This document shows, in pieces, positions 38,660 through 49,362 of a stretch of DNA of 64,000 nucleotides; position 1 is the stretch's first letter, and every line of letters starts with the position of its first letter. This DNA is from Candidatus Thorarchaeota archaeon (lineage in GTDB: Archaea > Asgardarchaeota > Thorarchaeia > Thorarchaeales > Thorarchaeaceae). The DNA lies in the NCBI GenBank assembly GCA_048884965.1, contig JBHLQH010000010.1, positions 22,718-86,717 on the forward strand, read 5' to 3'. The position numbers and the translations under genes are program-made. The notes below the pieces were generated by a model. It saw only the letters and a list, made by a program, of their open reading frames with translations. It searched no databases and was not told the DNA's origin.

Positions 38660-39108
38660 ACGACGAATTTGTTATCCCACCATTGAAGATGATTAAGAGT
38701 GAAGTTGCTAATTTTGTACAACACATTCCAATATGGACAATCACTCTCTTTACGGTAGATGGTTATGTCCTTGAACACAGATCGAATAACATGAATTTGC
38801 CTCAGGAAATCGAATTAATAATCAGCAGCATGTCTGCAGGGTTAATCACAATAGCTGAGGATATGATTCGGATGGTCGATCATAGCAAGCTGTTTAGTCA
38901 AGTTATTGTGGATTCAGAGAACGTATCGGATAATGAGAATTTTTCCATTCTTCTTAGGCAAATAGCAGATAATATTCTATTGGCATGTGTCTTTCCCAAC
39001 TCGACACATTTAGGATTAATCACATTTGAAATTCAGGAACTGACCAATAGGATAAGAGATATTGTCAGTCAATGGGATATAAAACTGCATGAAGAAACCA
39101 TGACATAA
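38656..39108 (+). CDS. Roadblock/LC7-like protein (divergent)
   Basis: ITLFTVDGYVL..ISSMSAGLITIAE..QVIVDS..THLGLI; ATGA overlap with the GTPase gene. Confidence 0.75.
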   Translation: MNDEFVIPPLKMIKSEVANFVQHIPIWTITLFTVDGYVLEHRSNNMNLPQEIELIISSMSAGLITIAEDMIRMVDHSKLFSQVIVDSENVSDNENFSILLRQIADNILLACVFPNSTHLGLITFEIQELTNRIRDIVSQWDIKLHEETMT

Positions 39109-39121
39109 GGGGGCTCTCAAG

Positions 39122-39544
39122 TTGCAGGTCGGTACATTGGAAAGACTAGAGAATGTATTAAGCAGAATGAGTAACGACGGTTTCAACATTCAAGCTAGCG
39201 TTGTAATTAACGAAAGAGGACTTACAATGGCAAGTATGGCACACAGAAATTGGTCAGCTGATAAAATCGCAGCGATGGTTTCGTTAATTTCCGATGGCGC
39301 TACACGAGCATTATCCAATCTCAGTATGGGATCTCTTTCAACTATTTCAATAGCCTCGGAAAAGGCAACTCTATGGATTGCTGAGTTCGATGTGAACGAA
39401 AGACAATATAGAATAGCAATAATACTAGGTCACGGACCTCTCAGAATTAGATCATTTTGGGATAGAGTGCGGAACCGCGACTTCGTTACCACAATATTGT
39501 TGCCTTCAGCTAAGAAAATTCAGAATATACTTGGAGGAAGCTGA
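39122..39544 (+). CDS. Roadblock/LC7-like protein
   Basis: IQASVVINERGLTMAS..DKIAAMVSLI..ISIASE. Confidence 0.8.
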   Translation: MQVGTLERLENVLSRMSNDGFNIQASVVINERGLTMASMAHRNWSADKIAAMVSLISDGATRALSNLSMGSLSTISIASEKATLWIAEFDVNERQYRIAIILGHGPLRIRSFWDRVRNRDFVTTILLPSAKKIQNILGGS

Positions 39545-39610
39545 AACTTCCTTCGACATCTTAAATTTTCGTCAGTACAGCAATCGAAAAACCAATGATA
39601 TAGATGCAAT

Positions 39611-40033
39611 TCACATATCCAAGCATGTTGAGAGTGAAGAAAGATTCTCAAGAAATCCGTATAGGCATTCATTGCAAACATTAGCATGGTTGCCATGTGA
39701 TTTTCCAGTAAGCATTTCGACAGCATCTATAAGATCAATTGGATTCACAAGTCGATTCTTAATAACTACGTCTTTCCCCTTTGAAATGCAAACAAGCTTG
39801 CTCTTCTCAGTTTCGATCCGGAGAAGCTGAAAGCATGCATTATTCGACTTTGCCTCGAGAAGTCCTTTTCCAATCGAGTCACCTGTTAAGAGCTCTGGCT
39901 CCAACGGGATGTACTCAATGGTGGTTATTTGATCATTATTCATACAAAGCATTTCCCCATCTGACTCCTTGAAACATGGACAACCCTTGACAATATCATG
40001 GAGGTCCATGCGTTGGATAGAACTTCTCGTCAA
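39611..40033 (-). CDS. Hypothetical Cys-containing protein
   Basis: 140-aa ORF with GGAGG RBS before the TTG start; CPC..C and CNEC motifs; no family recognised. Confidence 0.5.
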   Translation of the reverse strand: MTRSSIQRMDLHDIVKGCPCFKESDGEMLCMNNDQITTIEYIPLEPELLTGDSIGKGLLEAKSNNACFQLLRIETEKSKLVCISKGKDVVIKNRLVNPIDLIDAVEMLTGKSHGNHANVCNECLYGFLENLSSLSTCLDM

Positions 40034-40205
40034 ACTAAGTGCCTCCTAGAATGTATGTATGATTTAGAGTAATAAACTCCCCAAGTAAAATGGTGTAATA
40101 CTATTTCTTGCAGGATAAATCGTGGCGTTGTGGCTCATTCCCACGCAGTTAAATATGATACAGAACTGATATTCCTCTCCTACTCATAGAAAGGAAGGAA
40201 ATGTC

Positions 40206-41630
40206 ATGTCAGGACTCGATACATCCCACGATCAAGATAGCCCTGATCCAAATGAACTGACATGGTTCCAATCTGTTCGATATGTTACAAGGAACTCGAA
40301 CTGGACCATCTATCTACTTACTGTATGGATCTATAGCTCTCTCAATGTCCTGTATCAATACTTCAATCTGTTTTTCAGAGACATAGGCATTGGCTATATC
40401 GAAGTCGGATTTCTACTTTCAGCAATGTTTGGAATTCGACTGCTAGGGAATTTCGTATCAGGATATTTGGCTGATAATTATGACCGTAGGAAACTCTCAG
40501 TCTTTACAATGGCTGTGAGTGCATTTGGCTATTTGTTCCTCGTTGTTGCTGATGGCTTCCTACTTGTATCCATTGCCATGGCGACCATTGGATTAGCATC
40601 GTTCACAGGAACAGCTGGAGTAGCCTATCAGATGCAACAGGTTGACAGAAAATTCGGTGGAGTTGCTCAGAGTCTTTTCAATCTGGGAGCGTCATTAGGT
40701 TTGATCCCGCTATATGTCATCAGCAACCTACTCGGTGCAGGAATCGAATTCGTAGAAGTTATGCGAATCCTACTCTTGGTTGCCGCGATTCTGTATTTAA
40801 TTGCCGCTGCTGTCAGGGCATTTGCATTGGAGTCTATTCCCATACCAAAGCGATATGTTTCCAGTGGCAACCTCCTAAGGGACTTCTTAGCTGAGAATAT
40901 TAGAGGTTTACGACTCCTTGTCAGAGTTTTCCCAGTCTTTGTAGGTCTGATTTGTCTAGATGCATTAAGTGATAGCTTCTACCAGTTTGCTAATACCTAT
41001 TATCTCAACGAAACCCTCGAGTACACGATCGGCGATATTAATCTGATGTTCCTCATAACCCTCCTAATCTCAGTCCCACTCACATTATGGCTCGGAAGAT
41101 TCTTTGACAAGCATGGCGGTAGGAAGATAACCGTGATAGTATATGGCATCATGCCAATCTCAATCATCCTTCTTATCATGGCACGGTTCATTCCCTACTA
41201 TACGCCTATCGAATGGGTTGCATCTTTGAATGCAATCTATCCAGGACTTGGAGTTCTTCTCACGCTTGCCTTCCTTGCTACAGCTATGAAGTCTATTAAT
41301 GACACCCTATGGTTCTCCGTTTTAGGAACCTATATTCAAAAATCCCTCCCAAGACAGGACCTCGGTAAACTCTTCAGTTTGACCAATGTATTGATCCTAG
41401 GATTTATCGCAGTAGGTCCTATTCCTGCAGGCTGGATTTACTCTCTTTGGCAAGGACTACCTCTTCTAGCAATCACACTTCTATTGAATCTCTTGATTCT
41501 TATCATTCTGATAGTGAGGAGTATTGAACCGAGAATTAGTGTGGATGAGCTGGAGGGTGAGCTCAAACATGAGGCTATGATCGACATAGAAATCGTGGAT
41601 GATAAAGAGCAAGTAGAAGATGTCCTATAG
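40206..41630 (+). CDS. MFS transporter
   Basis: Motif A in both halves (GYLADNYDRRK, GRFFDKHGGRK); about 12 TMs. Confidence 0.92.
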   Translation: MSGLDTSHDQDSPDPNELTWFQSVRYVTRNSNWTIYLLTVWIYSSLNVLYQYFNLFFRDIGIGYIEVGFLLSAMFGIRLLGNFVSGYLADNYDRRKLSVFTMAVSAFGYLFLVVADGFLLVSIAMATIGLASFTGTAGVAYQMQQVDRKFGGVAQSLFNLGASLGLIPLYVISNLLGAGIEFVEVMRILLLVAAILYLIAAAVRAFALESIPIPKRYVSSGNLLRDFLAENIRGLRLLVRVFPVFVGLICLDALSDSFYQFANTYYLNETLEYTIGDINLMFLITLLISVPLTLWLGRFFDKHGGRKITVIVYGIMPISIILLIMARFIPYYTPIEWVASLNAIYPGLGVLLTLAFLATAMKSINDTLWFSVLGTYIQKSLPRQDLGKLFSLTNVLILGFIAVGPIPAGWIYSLWQGLPLLAITLLLNLLILIILIVRSIEPRISVDELEGELKHEAMIDIEIVDDKEQVEDVL

Positions 41631-41709
41631 CTCATATTTTATCGAATTCCAATAACCTCTTATAAGGGGAGAAACATTAGTAACTGAAAAGGTTAGCTAG
41701 GGGAAGACA

Positions 41710-43122
41710 GTGACTACTCTAGATGATAGTGTCGTTCTGCTATCAGAATTTGGTCTGACACCTTACGAGGCTAAGGTGTATCTAGTGGCAGTCAAGCTAG
41801 GATTAGCTGCAGCTAGCAAGATTAGCAAGGCTTCAGCCGTTAGAAGAGAGGAAGTCTATAGGACTTTGCCAAAACTTGAGAAAGCTGGTTTGATTGAACG
41901 TGTTCTCGGTAGACCTGTAAAGTTTCGGGCAATACCAATTGAGGATGCCGTTTCGTTGCTCTTAAAGAGGAAAGAGGAGGCTGCAATAAAAGAACTTCAA
42001 GAGCTTACAGGAAAGAAAGAGAAACTAATACGACTCTTCGAATCCCAAACTCCAAAAACAGATGAGAAAAGTGATGCAGCGCAATTCGTTCTGGTGTCCG
42101 AGAAGGATACCGTTGCCATGCGGATGGAATCGCTCATCGATTCCTCGATTAGCCGCATTGACATTGCTGATTCAACACCAAATGTTGTGAGATTCCTTTT
42201 GAATTATGAGGAACACTTAAAGAATGCACTCAAACGAAATGTCAAGGTTAGAATTCTAACCGAATACCCAGATGAAGAAGAAGCCTTGCAGCGCATTCTA
42301 TTGCACAATCTTCCAAAAGATGAGGTCAGACTTCGTTATCTTGATGATATCCCTAGTAGGTATGTCCTATTTGATGGAACGGATGTCATGCTGTCTACAT
42401 CTGCAAAAGGTGCTCTGGATGAGAGCCGATCATTATGGACTCAAGATACAAATCTTGTGTCTGTTATTAGGAGGGACTTCGATGAGCAATTCAGTAGATC
42501 AGTAGATTGGTACACATACATCTCAACACCAGTTGAGAACATCCTCAGATCACTAAAACATCTGAGACCCAGAGATCATGTGGTTCTTTTCTATGATACA
42601 CCTCAGCTTAAACACGAGATTCTTTTCAACTTCATTAAAAGCGGTCTTGATCGAGGAGAAGCTGCCAAGTACATTTGCGCTGAAGAAACCCCCTCAGAGA
42701 TAGCTGATGCCATGAGACAATACGGAATTGATGTCGATGCCCATCAGAAGAGTGGGGCACTTGAGATCATTTTGTATACTGACTTCTATATCAAGGATGG
42801 CAAGTTCAACGTTCAAGATGTGATGGATAGCTGGCAAGAGTTCTACAATGAAGCAAGATCTTCAGGTTTCAAAGGACTTCGTGTCACTGGTGAGATGTCA
42901 TGCTTCATTCAGCACAATCTCACAGAAGATCTCCTAGATTATGAACGAGCACTTCATAGTGTGCTTGAGATCCCCATCATAGCCGTTTGCGCTTACAGCT
43001 CATGGACTATCGAGGGTGTTGAGAATCCAGTAAATGTATATTCTGAGCTAGTGAAAGCACATGGGAAAGTCCTCTATGTTGACGAAGCTAGTGCGGCCGG
43101 TTATCTTGAGATTCGAAAGTAG
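41710..43122 (+). CDS. TrmB-family regulator fused to a MEDS sensory domain
   Basis: FGLTPYEAKVYL..VRREEVYRTLPKLEKAGL..RPVKFRAIP (TrmB HTH); effector domain; DHVVLFY..GLDRGE..GFKGLRVTGEM..AVCAY (MEDS). Confidence 0.88.
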   Translation: MTTLDDSVVLLSEFGLTPYEAKVYLVAVKLGLAAASKISKASAVRREEVYRTLPKLEKAGLIERVLGRPVKFRAIPIEDAVSLLLKRKEEAAIKELQELTGKKEKLIRLFESQTPKTDEKSDAAQFVLVSEKDTVAMRMESLIDSSISRIDIADSTPNVVRFLLNYEEHLKNALKRNVKVRILTEYPDEEEALQRILLHNLPKDEVRLRYLDDIPSRYVLFDGTDVMLSTSAKGALDESRSLWTQDTNLVSVIRRDFDEQFSRSVDWYTYISTPVENILRSLKHLRPRDHVVLFYDTPQLKHEILFNFIKSGLDRGEAAKYICAEETPSEIADAMRQYGIDVDAHQKSGALEIILYTDFYIKDGKFNVQDVMDSWQEFYNEARSSGFKGLRVTGEMSCFIQHNLTEDLLDYERALHSVLEIPIIAVCAYSSWTIEGVENPVNVYSELVKAHGKVLYVDEASAAGYLEIRK

Positions 43123-43135
43123 AATCTCACCTCAA

Positions 43136-43378
43136 CTATGCCGGTATGTATATCCACTGTCTCATGTCCAAAAGGCACGGAATTCTACGAATTAGTTTCT
43201 TCTTCAAAAGTCTTCGGAGGGCATATCTCACGGTTCGGGGGGCGAAAGGAACTTCATCTAGCAATTGCTTTGGAGTAACGCCATTTGCGCCACGTTCGCG
43301 GAGGATCGCCAATACTCTCTTCTGGCTCTTGGTCAGCCTATGGTTTCTGAGTTCAATTTCTAACTCCTTATCACTCAT
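43136..43378 (-). CDS. Small winged-HTH DNA-binding protein
   Basis: LTKSQKRVL..TPKQL..APRTVRYALRRL..LI.R.P.L.DMRQ..Y. Confidence 0.85.
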   Translation of the reverse strand: MSDKELEIELRNHRLTKSQKRVLAILRERGANGVTPKQLLDEVPFAPRTVRYALRRLLKKKLIRRIPCLLDMRQWIYIPA

Positions 43379-43593
43379 CAAGATTATCACCTACAATATG
43401 ATAATTGGTTGAGATAATTAGTACTTAAGCAGCTGTTACTGTGAGCGTGAAGCTACAATTCCTTCATCGTTTGTTTGTAAGTTTCAATTTGTATTTGAAA
43501 ACAAGAATTATCTACAAATCGAAAGCGCAAACCCTGCTTCAATATGGGAGTTTTTTAGAACGATATCAAATTCTAGTTCGATAGGCGATTCAA

Positions 43594-44367
43594 GTGAAAA
43601 CATGGGGAAATCTCTGGGATCTTCTTGGTTTGCGTTTGGTACAGCTCATTGGTGTTTCTGGTGGAGCTCGTGTCCTCGATGTCGGAACCGGAGGGGGTTC
43701 AACTCTTATTGCATCCCTAAGATGTGTGGGACCTACTGGTTATGTCTTCAGTCTAGACAAGGATGAGAAATGGGCTACTCATGTGAATTCCGAGCTTAAA
43801 CGATTGAATGTTGTAAACGCGGAGGTGAAACACATGGATGCAAAGGCAATCGAAATGCCTGATGCGTCGTTCGATTTCGTCATCTCAGGATTCTTGGGTT
43901 GGGGGCAGTGTTTCGATTTCTCAAAGATGAGTTTCCATTCACCCGATCTAGTCATGAGTGAGATGCATCGTACTCTCAGAGTAGGAGGAAAGCTTGGGAT
44001 TTCAACTTGGCTCCTCCAAAGCGATACTGAATGGATGGAGAGCTTTGTAGCATCCTTTGATTTTCCAGCTAAACGTGTCTATTCCAAAGAAAATGAAAAA
44101 GGATGGGAAATAATTATGCGCGAATCTCCTTTTGAGAAGTTCACACTTCTCTCTGAAACGATCGAGTATCCCTATGCTACCAGAGATGAATGGTGGGAGG
44201 AGATGCTTGCATATGGATGGAAAGCTCAGATAGATGAGTTATGCATTGCGAAGAATGTACCAATTGCGAAAGTGAAAGATATGGCATTTGATAGGATTGA
44301 CGAGAATTGTTCTGAAAATGGCGTTCGATTACCAAGAAGAATCCTCTTCATCCTTGCGGATAAATAG
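43594..44367 (+). CDS. Class I SAM-dependent methyltransferase
   Basis: VLDVGTGGG motif I, MDA..PDASFDFVIS and EMHRTLRVGGKL. Confidence 0.88.
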   Translation: MKTWGNLWDLLGLRLVQLIGVSGGARVLDVGTGGGSTLIASLRCVGPTGYVFSLDKDEKWATHVNSELKRLNVVNAEVKHMDAKAIEMPDASFDFVISGFLGWGQCFDFSKMSFHSPDLVMSEMHRTLRVGGKLGISTWLLQSDTEWMESFVASFDFPAKRVYSKENEKGWEIIMRESPFEKFTLLSETIEYPYATRDEWWEEMLAYGWKAQIDELCIAKNVPIAKVKDMAFDRIDENCSENGVRLPRRILFILADK

Positions 44368-44492
44368 AGGGATCTCGAATGGCGAGTTTCATTTACAGGA
44401 GGTTCCTCTCTCCCTCATGTTATCTGGGAGGTGTTTCTCTTGGCAGATTCTTCTAGGGCAAAGACCTGGAGGGATTCAGTCAGGCTATCTAC

Positions 44493-46673
44493 TTACACAA
44501 GCTTCTGAACACGGCTAACAAGTTTCACAAGTTCACTCTTTGCGATATCTGAAACAGCCTCTGTCATTGGAGCCTTGACTTCTGTAGCTAATACTTTCAA
44601 CAGAGGGTCATCTCGAATCTGCTTTAGTGTGATATCTTCTTGTAGAGTCTTCTTTGATTTCTGAGAGAGTTCCTTCACATGCTGACGCATGAGACCCTTA
44701 AACATGTCATAATGTCCGAGCTCACCTTCCGCGACCTTCTTTAAAGATCCCTCTGGAAGCATCTTCGTGAAGACCAAATTGACAAGATACTCACATATCT
44801 TCAACCTGAATTGGACTAGACTAGAAGTAGATCGTCCTATTTTTAGAATCAGTCTCATTAGATCTTCTTCCTTGTCAATAAGACTCGATACGATCTCGAA
44901 TTCAGGACCCTCATTTACTATGATTTCATGAACGAACGGTCGTATATCCGGCGTTAGTCGGTCAGACCCTGTTCGCAAAGAGGTATGGAGTTCTTGATAC
45001 TTCTTCTGAGACATCCCTGTTGCCCCAAGATTTCGGATAACCATCAGTGCCTTCTCGAGACTCTGGCTACCAAAGACGAATGGAAACGTCCTGCATGCCT
45101 TGATGGCAGCCAGTGTTTCCCCTGCTTTTACAACACCAGTATGTGCGAATTCATGTAGGACATCCCATGGCAGGATATTTGATATGATATCAGTCCCACT
45201 CAGAACAAGTCTAACAGCCTGATCAGGCATTAGGATATTCGAAGGGCGAACGATTCGCTCTAGCTTACTACCTCTCTGTTCCAATACTTGACATAACGTG
45301 AGATCATAGGGTTGAATATCTGCGTACAAAGGAGTTGTTCTATCTATGATCAACCGATCTGTTCCATCATATGCTTGGAAGAATTCCTTGTGTGTGCGAG
45401 TAGCATTCACCTCCCATTGTACAATGAAACCATCAGTCTTCAGCAATCGGTCAGCAGTTCGTAGTCTAGGTCTCTCCACCCACTTTCGATCACCGGTGGG
45501 ATTCTTCATCCAGGTGAGGAGTCTCTGATGTTGATTCACCTCATCTTGCGTAAGTTGTAGTACACCAGTTGTGCTTATGGATTTCATTACATATGTAAGC
45601 ACATCATCGGTTTCTAATTCACGAGGAATTCTATAGTGATTCTGTAACTTGTGCCGCTCGATATCAAATGGTGAATCATATTGCGCAGCTTGTAAGAAAT
45701 AGATAAGAAAGTCATCCCTAGAAGAAAATGAAGACTGAACTTCGTGTCTTGATTTCGTCTTGGTTTCGACATATGACTCTACTTCTTGGAATCGGGTTCC
45801 AGATATTCCTAAGAGGATGCGAAAGCGGTCAAGTCTTCTTTCTTCAACATCAGCAAGTATTTTCTCTAGCTCGGGATGAGATAAACCAATCAAATCCAAA
45901 GTAAACTTACCATCTGCTTTCTCTTCAATGGATATATCATCAGGAACGACTAGGAGATCATAAGTCAGCTTGACTCCCAACCTCTTCGCAACTGCGTTCA
46001 AGATGTAGGTTTCATCAAGGCGTTGAATTCCTCCTTTCGTCCAAAACCTGTGAAAGAAATCAGTTTCAGCAATCTTGTAATGCGGCACCAAGAGTGGTGT
46101 TACTACATCTATAAATCGAGCTGAGTCGTTTAGTATTGATTGCATATGCATCAGCCTATGCAAGACAGATCCAGAACCAACCTCCTCTCGTAATCGATTC
46201 CGTATCAGATCCAGCTCGGCTTCGCTAGGCTTTTCGGATTTTGCAGCATGTACGATTCTATCTCGAAGACTCACTTCAGTGTCCTTCTTTGGAGCTGCAG
46301 CTTGCTTCTTTATCTCCTCAATGATTTCTGGCAATCCTTTTGTGCTTTTGACAACCCTGAGGGAGCCTATAGCCTGATAGATTTCCTCAACTTGTGATGA
46401 TGAAAGCATTAGGAGAATCTTACCCATATGCTTGCACCAGCCGATATTGCTACCACCTGTGATCCTAGAACTGGCTCTTACAAAATCTGGACAAACATGA
46501 CCCACAACACCCATCTCCAAATCGATAGCTATCAGATAGGGTGATGATCCACTACCAGCAAGTGTAGCCCAGAGGGAGAGTGGCTGCTCTCTGAGAATAT
46601 GCAAATTGACCTTAGAGTCACTAATCTTCTCAGCTTTCTTGAGACGACTCGGTTCAACAAAACGTCTTACCAT
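44493..46673 (-). CDS. Large protein with N-terminal SWIM-like zinc finger
   Basis: GSGSSPYLIAID..HVCPDF..WCKHMGKILL; GGAGG RBS directly after the vWA gene. Confidence 0.7.
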   Translation of the reverse strand: MVRRFVEPSRLKKAEKISDSKVNLHILREQPLSLWATLAGSGSSPYLIAIDLEMGVVGHVCPDFVRASSRITGGSNIGWCKHMGKILLMLSSSQVEEIYQAIGSLRVVKSTKGLPEIIEEIKKQAAAPKKDTEVSLRDRIVHAAKSEKPSEAELDLIRNRLREEVGSGSVLHRLMHMQSILNDSARFIDVVTPLLVPHYKIAETDFFHRFWTKGGIQRLDETYILNAVAKRLGVKLTYDLLVVPDDISIEEKADGKFTLDLIGLSHPELEKILADVEERRLDRFRILLGISGTRFQEVESYVETKTKSRHEVQSSFSSRDDFLIYFLQAAQYDSPFDIERHKLQNHYRIPRELETDDVLTYVMKSISTTGVLQLTQDEVNQHQRLLTWMKNPTGDRKWVERPRLRTADRLLKTDGFIVQWEVNATRTHKEFFQAYDGTDRLIIDRTTPLYADIQPYDLTLCQVLEQRGSKLERIVRPSNILMPDQAVRLVLSGTDIISNILPWDVLHEFAHTGVVKAGETLAAIKACRTFPFVFGSQSLEKALMVIRNLGATGMSQKKYQELHTSLRTGSDRLTPDIRPFVHEIIVNEGPEFEIVSSLIDKEEDLMRLILKIGRSTSSLVQFRLKICEYLVNLVFTKMLPEGSLKKVAEGELGHYDMFKGLMRQHVKELSQKSKKTLQEDITLKQIRDDPLLKVLATEVKAPMTEAVSDIAKSELVKLVSRVQKLV

Positions 46674-46677
46674 GTTC

Positions 46678-49356
46678 CTACCTCCTGGACATAATCTCAC
46701 TTACTATCTCTGGGAACCCATCCCAGCTTTTTATTGGGACCAATTGGGCTGATGAAGACTCAATGATACTCTGTATGTTCCCGATTCCATATGTGGATGC
46801 AGGCACTGCAAGAAGACTGGTCACTCCCATATCTGCCATCTCCATCATGTATAGAGTCGACCTATCAAAATCCCCAAGGCAGGCATCAGTGACCATGATT
46901 AGCATTTTATCCTGACTTCTGGATTTACCAAATTGATCTCGAGCCCATTTAAGGGCAGCACTCATCTGTGTGCCTCCTCTAGCTTGAAGTTCAAGGAGCG
47001 TATCCATCACTGTATCGATATCAATCTCCTCTCCTATCTCACATACAACATGAGAATTGGATTCGAACAGTGCAACAGCAAGCTCATCACGTGCGAATGC
47101 TGCAAGCAGCATAGATGCAGCAAGTGTTGCTGCACTCAGTGGCTTTCCAGTCATTGAACCAGAGATATCGACTAAGAATACCACACATCGTCTTCCAGAC
47201 ACCAATCTTCTTACAACAAAATCTTCAGTCGTAACAGCGTCACTTGATTTACCGGTGGACATGATATAGTCAAGGGTCTCGTCGATATCGATTGTGTCAG
47301 GATCATCACCCAAGAAATACGGTCTGATTGTACCATTGGGTAGAACACCAGCTTCTGATGATCCTACCAGGCTCGAAGCCTTCTTCTTACCTAGCTCGAT
47401 AGCTACACGTTTGGCTGCCTCCTTGACAGGCTCTCGCATCCAAGGTGGGAGTATTCCCTTGTAGTCGAACCAAATCTTCAATAGATTCTCTCCAGAGCCT
47501 GCACCAAGACCTTGCTGAAGCAAATCTGCAGCAGATTGTGGGACGTTCTTGATGACCTCTTGCATATTATGATAGGCAAGTGCTCCTAGCGCACCAGATG
47601 TAGAATGCTTGATAGAGAGCGTGGTTAGTTCATTTATCTCAGCTGATGACAACTCTGCGTTTTCGAGTAATGATTCGATCCGCTCAAACGCAGGATCATC
47701 ATTCTCAATCAATTCTTTCAAGTAATCGAATAGGCCGCCAAGGAGTTTCGATATCTCTGCTGTAGACATCCCAAAGTCCTGTCCCATCTGACGAACCTGA
47801 GCATTAGAGAATGGAATCCCTTCCCGTTTCGCAGACTCTACATTCTCTACAAGATCATCTCTGGATGAAGTGCGACTAATTTGTTGGTCCATCCATTGTT
47901 TGAGGTTCTCTTTGATATGATCGAATAGTCCCATTTCATCACTAAGACTCTTAGTGTCGATGGTCTCCTCAAGTCCTAATGATTGCTGTATCATCATTTC
48001 CAGCTGAGATAGATTCTCCATCTGAAGTGCGTCCACCACTGAAGGAGCTCCAAGCATGCGTTCCTGATGTTCCATCATCCTTTCAGCAAGCTGCTTTCTT
48101 TCTTGCCAGCTTGCATCACCGAGATTCTGGAGTGCATGATGAAGGATGTCCAACCATTCTGGAGAGGCAATAGGGTGATCTAATATCTGATGAATTGGAA
48201 GTGATTGCAATTCATCCTTCAACTTAGAATAGACATAGGTCGAAAGATCGCTCCCCAACTGCTCATCAACGGTTCTAGCTTGAGAAAGCGCATCAAGAGC
48301 ATCTAACGCTTCCATTGTGTTATCGCTAATCTCATTCAATTTACTTCTCTCAATTCCCTCTTGGAATAGCTCAGGGTGCTGAAGGATGTCTGCGAGTGTT
48401 TGAACATGAGATCGAATGAACTCCTCAACAGCCTCTACTACGGTTTGGAGATTAGGTGCATGACCCGCCTTATCGATACGAAGACGATCAAGCAAACGAT
48501 CGTATTCCAAAGTGGTGTCAAAGGATGCCATGACCTGCGAAAGGGGAGTAGATTCAGGAATTGCTTTTAATTGACTTTCAGAAGATTCCGAATCTGCAAG
48601 GAAGTCTACAGCTAGTGATAGGTCATCTCTTCTCGAATATTTCCGCATATCCTCATTTAAACCAAGAAATTGCCCTTGGGTGACCTTCCTTTTGTCGAAC
48701 ATAGGCAATGACGTTAGTACCTCAGATCGTGCAAGATCTAGAAGCTTCTCATAGCTCGTGATTTCTCTTTGAAGAATACCACTTCGTCCTCCAGCTAGCT
48801 CGAATGCGGTTCGACGAATTGCGTGTTGCAATAATTCTTCTTTCGAAAGTGAATCTAAATTCTTGGAGAAGAGTTCCTCCTCTATATGTTCAGCAAATTG
48901 GAGGGATTGACTGCCGTGCTCTGCAGCTTTCTCGTTCAAAATCTCCAATAGCTCGAATAGCTCCTGAGGCGTCAGTCGTTTCTTTCGAACCCGAGACCCG
49001 CCTTTTCCTCGCGTCCCTTTTTGTCTCCTACCAGGAAGTATTTGCGTATCCTCGGGATCAACCAATCCAGGAGTTCCAGCCTCATCATCGAAGTACTCAC
49101 GCTCATCTCCAAGTAAGACTCGTAGGGCAATCATCTCTGCATATCCCTGGGCCTCCAGAGGCGTGGTGATGATCGCCAATTCTACTAGTTCGGGGAGAGT
49201 CAGTTCCAGTCCCGTCTGCAGCTTTCGTGTAAGTCCTAGGTTCGCAATAGCAATGGACTGGCGTGTCGAAAACAGGTCATCTCTGATATATGCTGGCGGG
49301 TCTTCTCTTGCTAGGCGAACGAAGTCAAGCGCGAACTGCACAATATCTACGCTCAA
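46678..49356 (-). CDS. vWA-domain protein (MoxR partner, CoxE-like C-terminus)
   Basis: IDIDETL, MIDAS DISGSM, GGT and VTD; long helical N-terminal region. Confidence 0.88.
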   Translation of the reverse strand: MSVDIVQFALDFVRLAREDPPAYIRDDLFSTRQSIAIANLGLTRKLQTGLELTLPELVELAIITTPLEAQGYAEMIALRVLLGDEREYFDDEAGTPGLVDPEDTQILPGRRQKGTRGKGGSRVRKKRLTPQELFELLEILNEKAAEHGSQSLQFAEHIEEELFSKNLDSLSKEELLQHAIRRTAFELAGGRSGILQREITSYEKLLDLARSEVLTSLPMFDKRKVTQGQFLGLNEDMRKYSRRDDLSLAVDFLADSESSESQLKAIPESTPLSQVMASFDTTLEYDRLLDRLRIDKAGHAPNLQTVVEAVEEFIRSHVQTLADILQHPELFQEGIERSKLNEISDNTMEALDALDALSQARTVDEQLGSDLSTYVYSKLKDELQSLPIHQILDHPIASPEWLDILHHALQNLGDASWQERKQLAERMMEHQERMLGAPSVVDALQMENLSQLEMMIQQSLGLEETIDTKSLSDEMGLFDHIKENLKQWMDQQISRTSSRDDLVENVESAKREGIPFSNAQVRQMGQDFGMSTAEISKLLGGLFDYLKELIENDDPAFERIESLLENAELSSAEINELTTLSIKHSTSGALGALAYHNMQEVIKNVPQSAADLLQQGLGAGSGENLLKIWFDYKGILPPWMREPVKEAAKRVAIELGKKKASSLVGSSEAGVLPNGTIRPYFLGDDPDTIDIDETLDYIMSTGKSSDAVTTEDFVVRRLVSGRRCVVFLVDISGSMTGKPLSAATLAASMLLAAFARDELAVALFESNSHVVCEIGEEIDIDTVMDTLLELQARGGTQMSAALKWARDQFGKSRSQDKMLIMVTDACLGDFDRSTLYMMEMADMGVTSLLAVPASTYGIGNIQSIIESSSAQLVPIKSWDGFPEIVSEIMSRR

Positions 49357-49362
49357 GGCGCT

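Noticed and set aside
34983-40100. Lower-GC region as a mobile element or genomic island
   Set aside because: No integrase, transposase, tRNA or flanking repeats are visible, and the gene content is typical of Asgard archaea.
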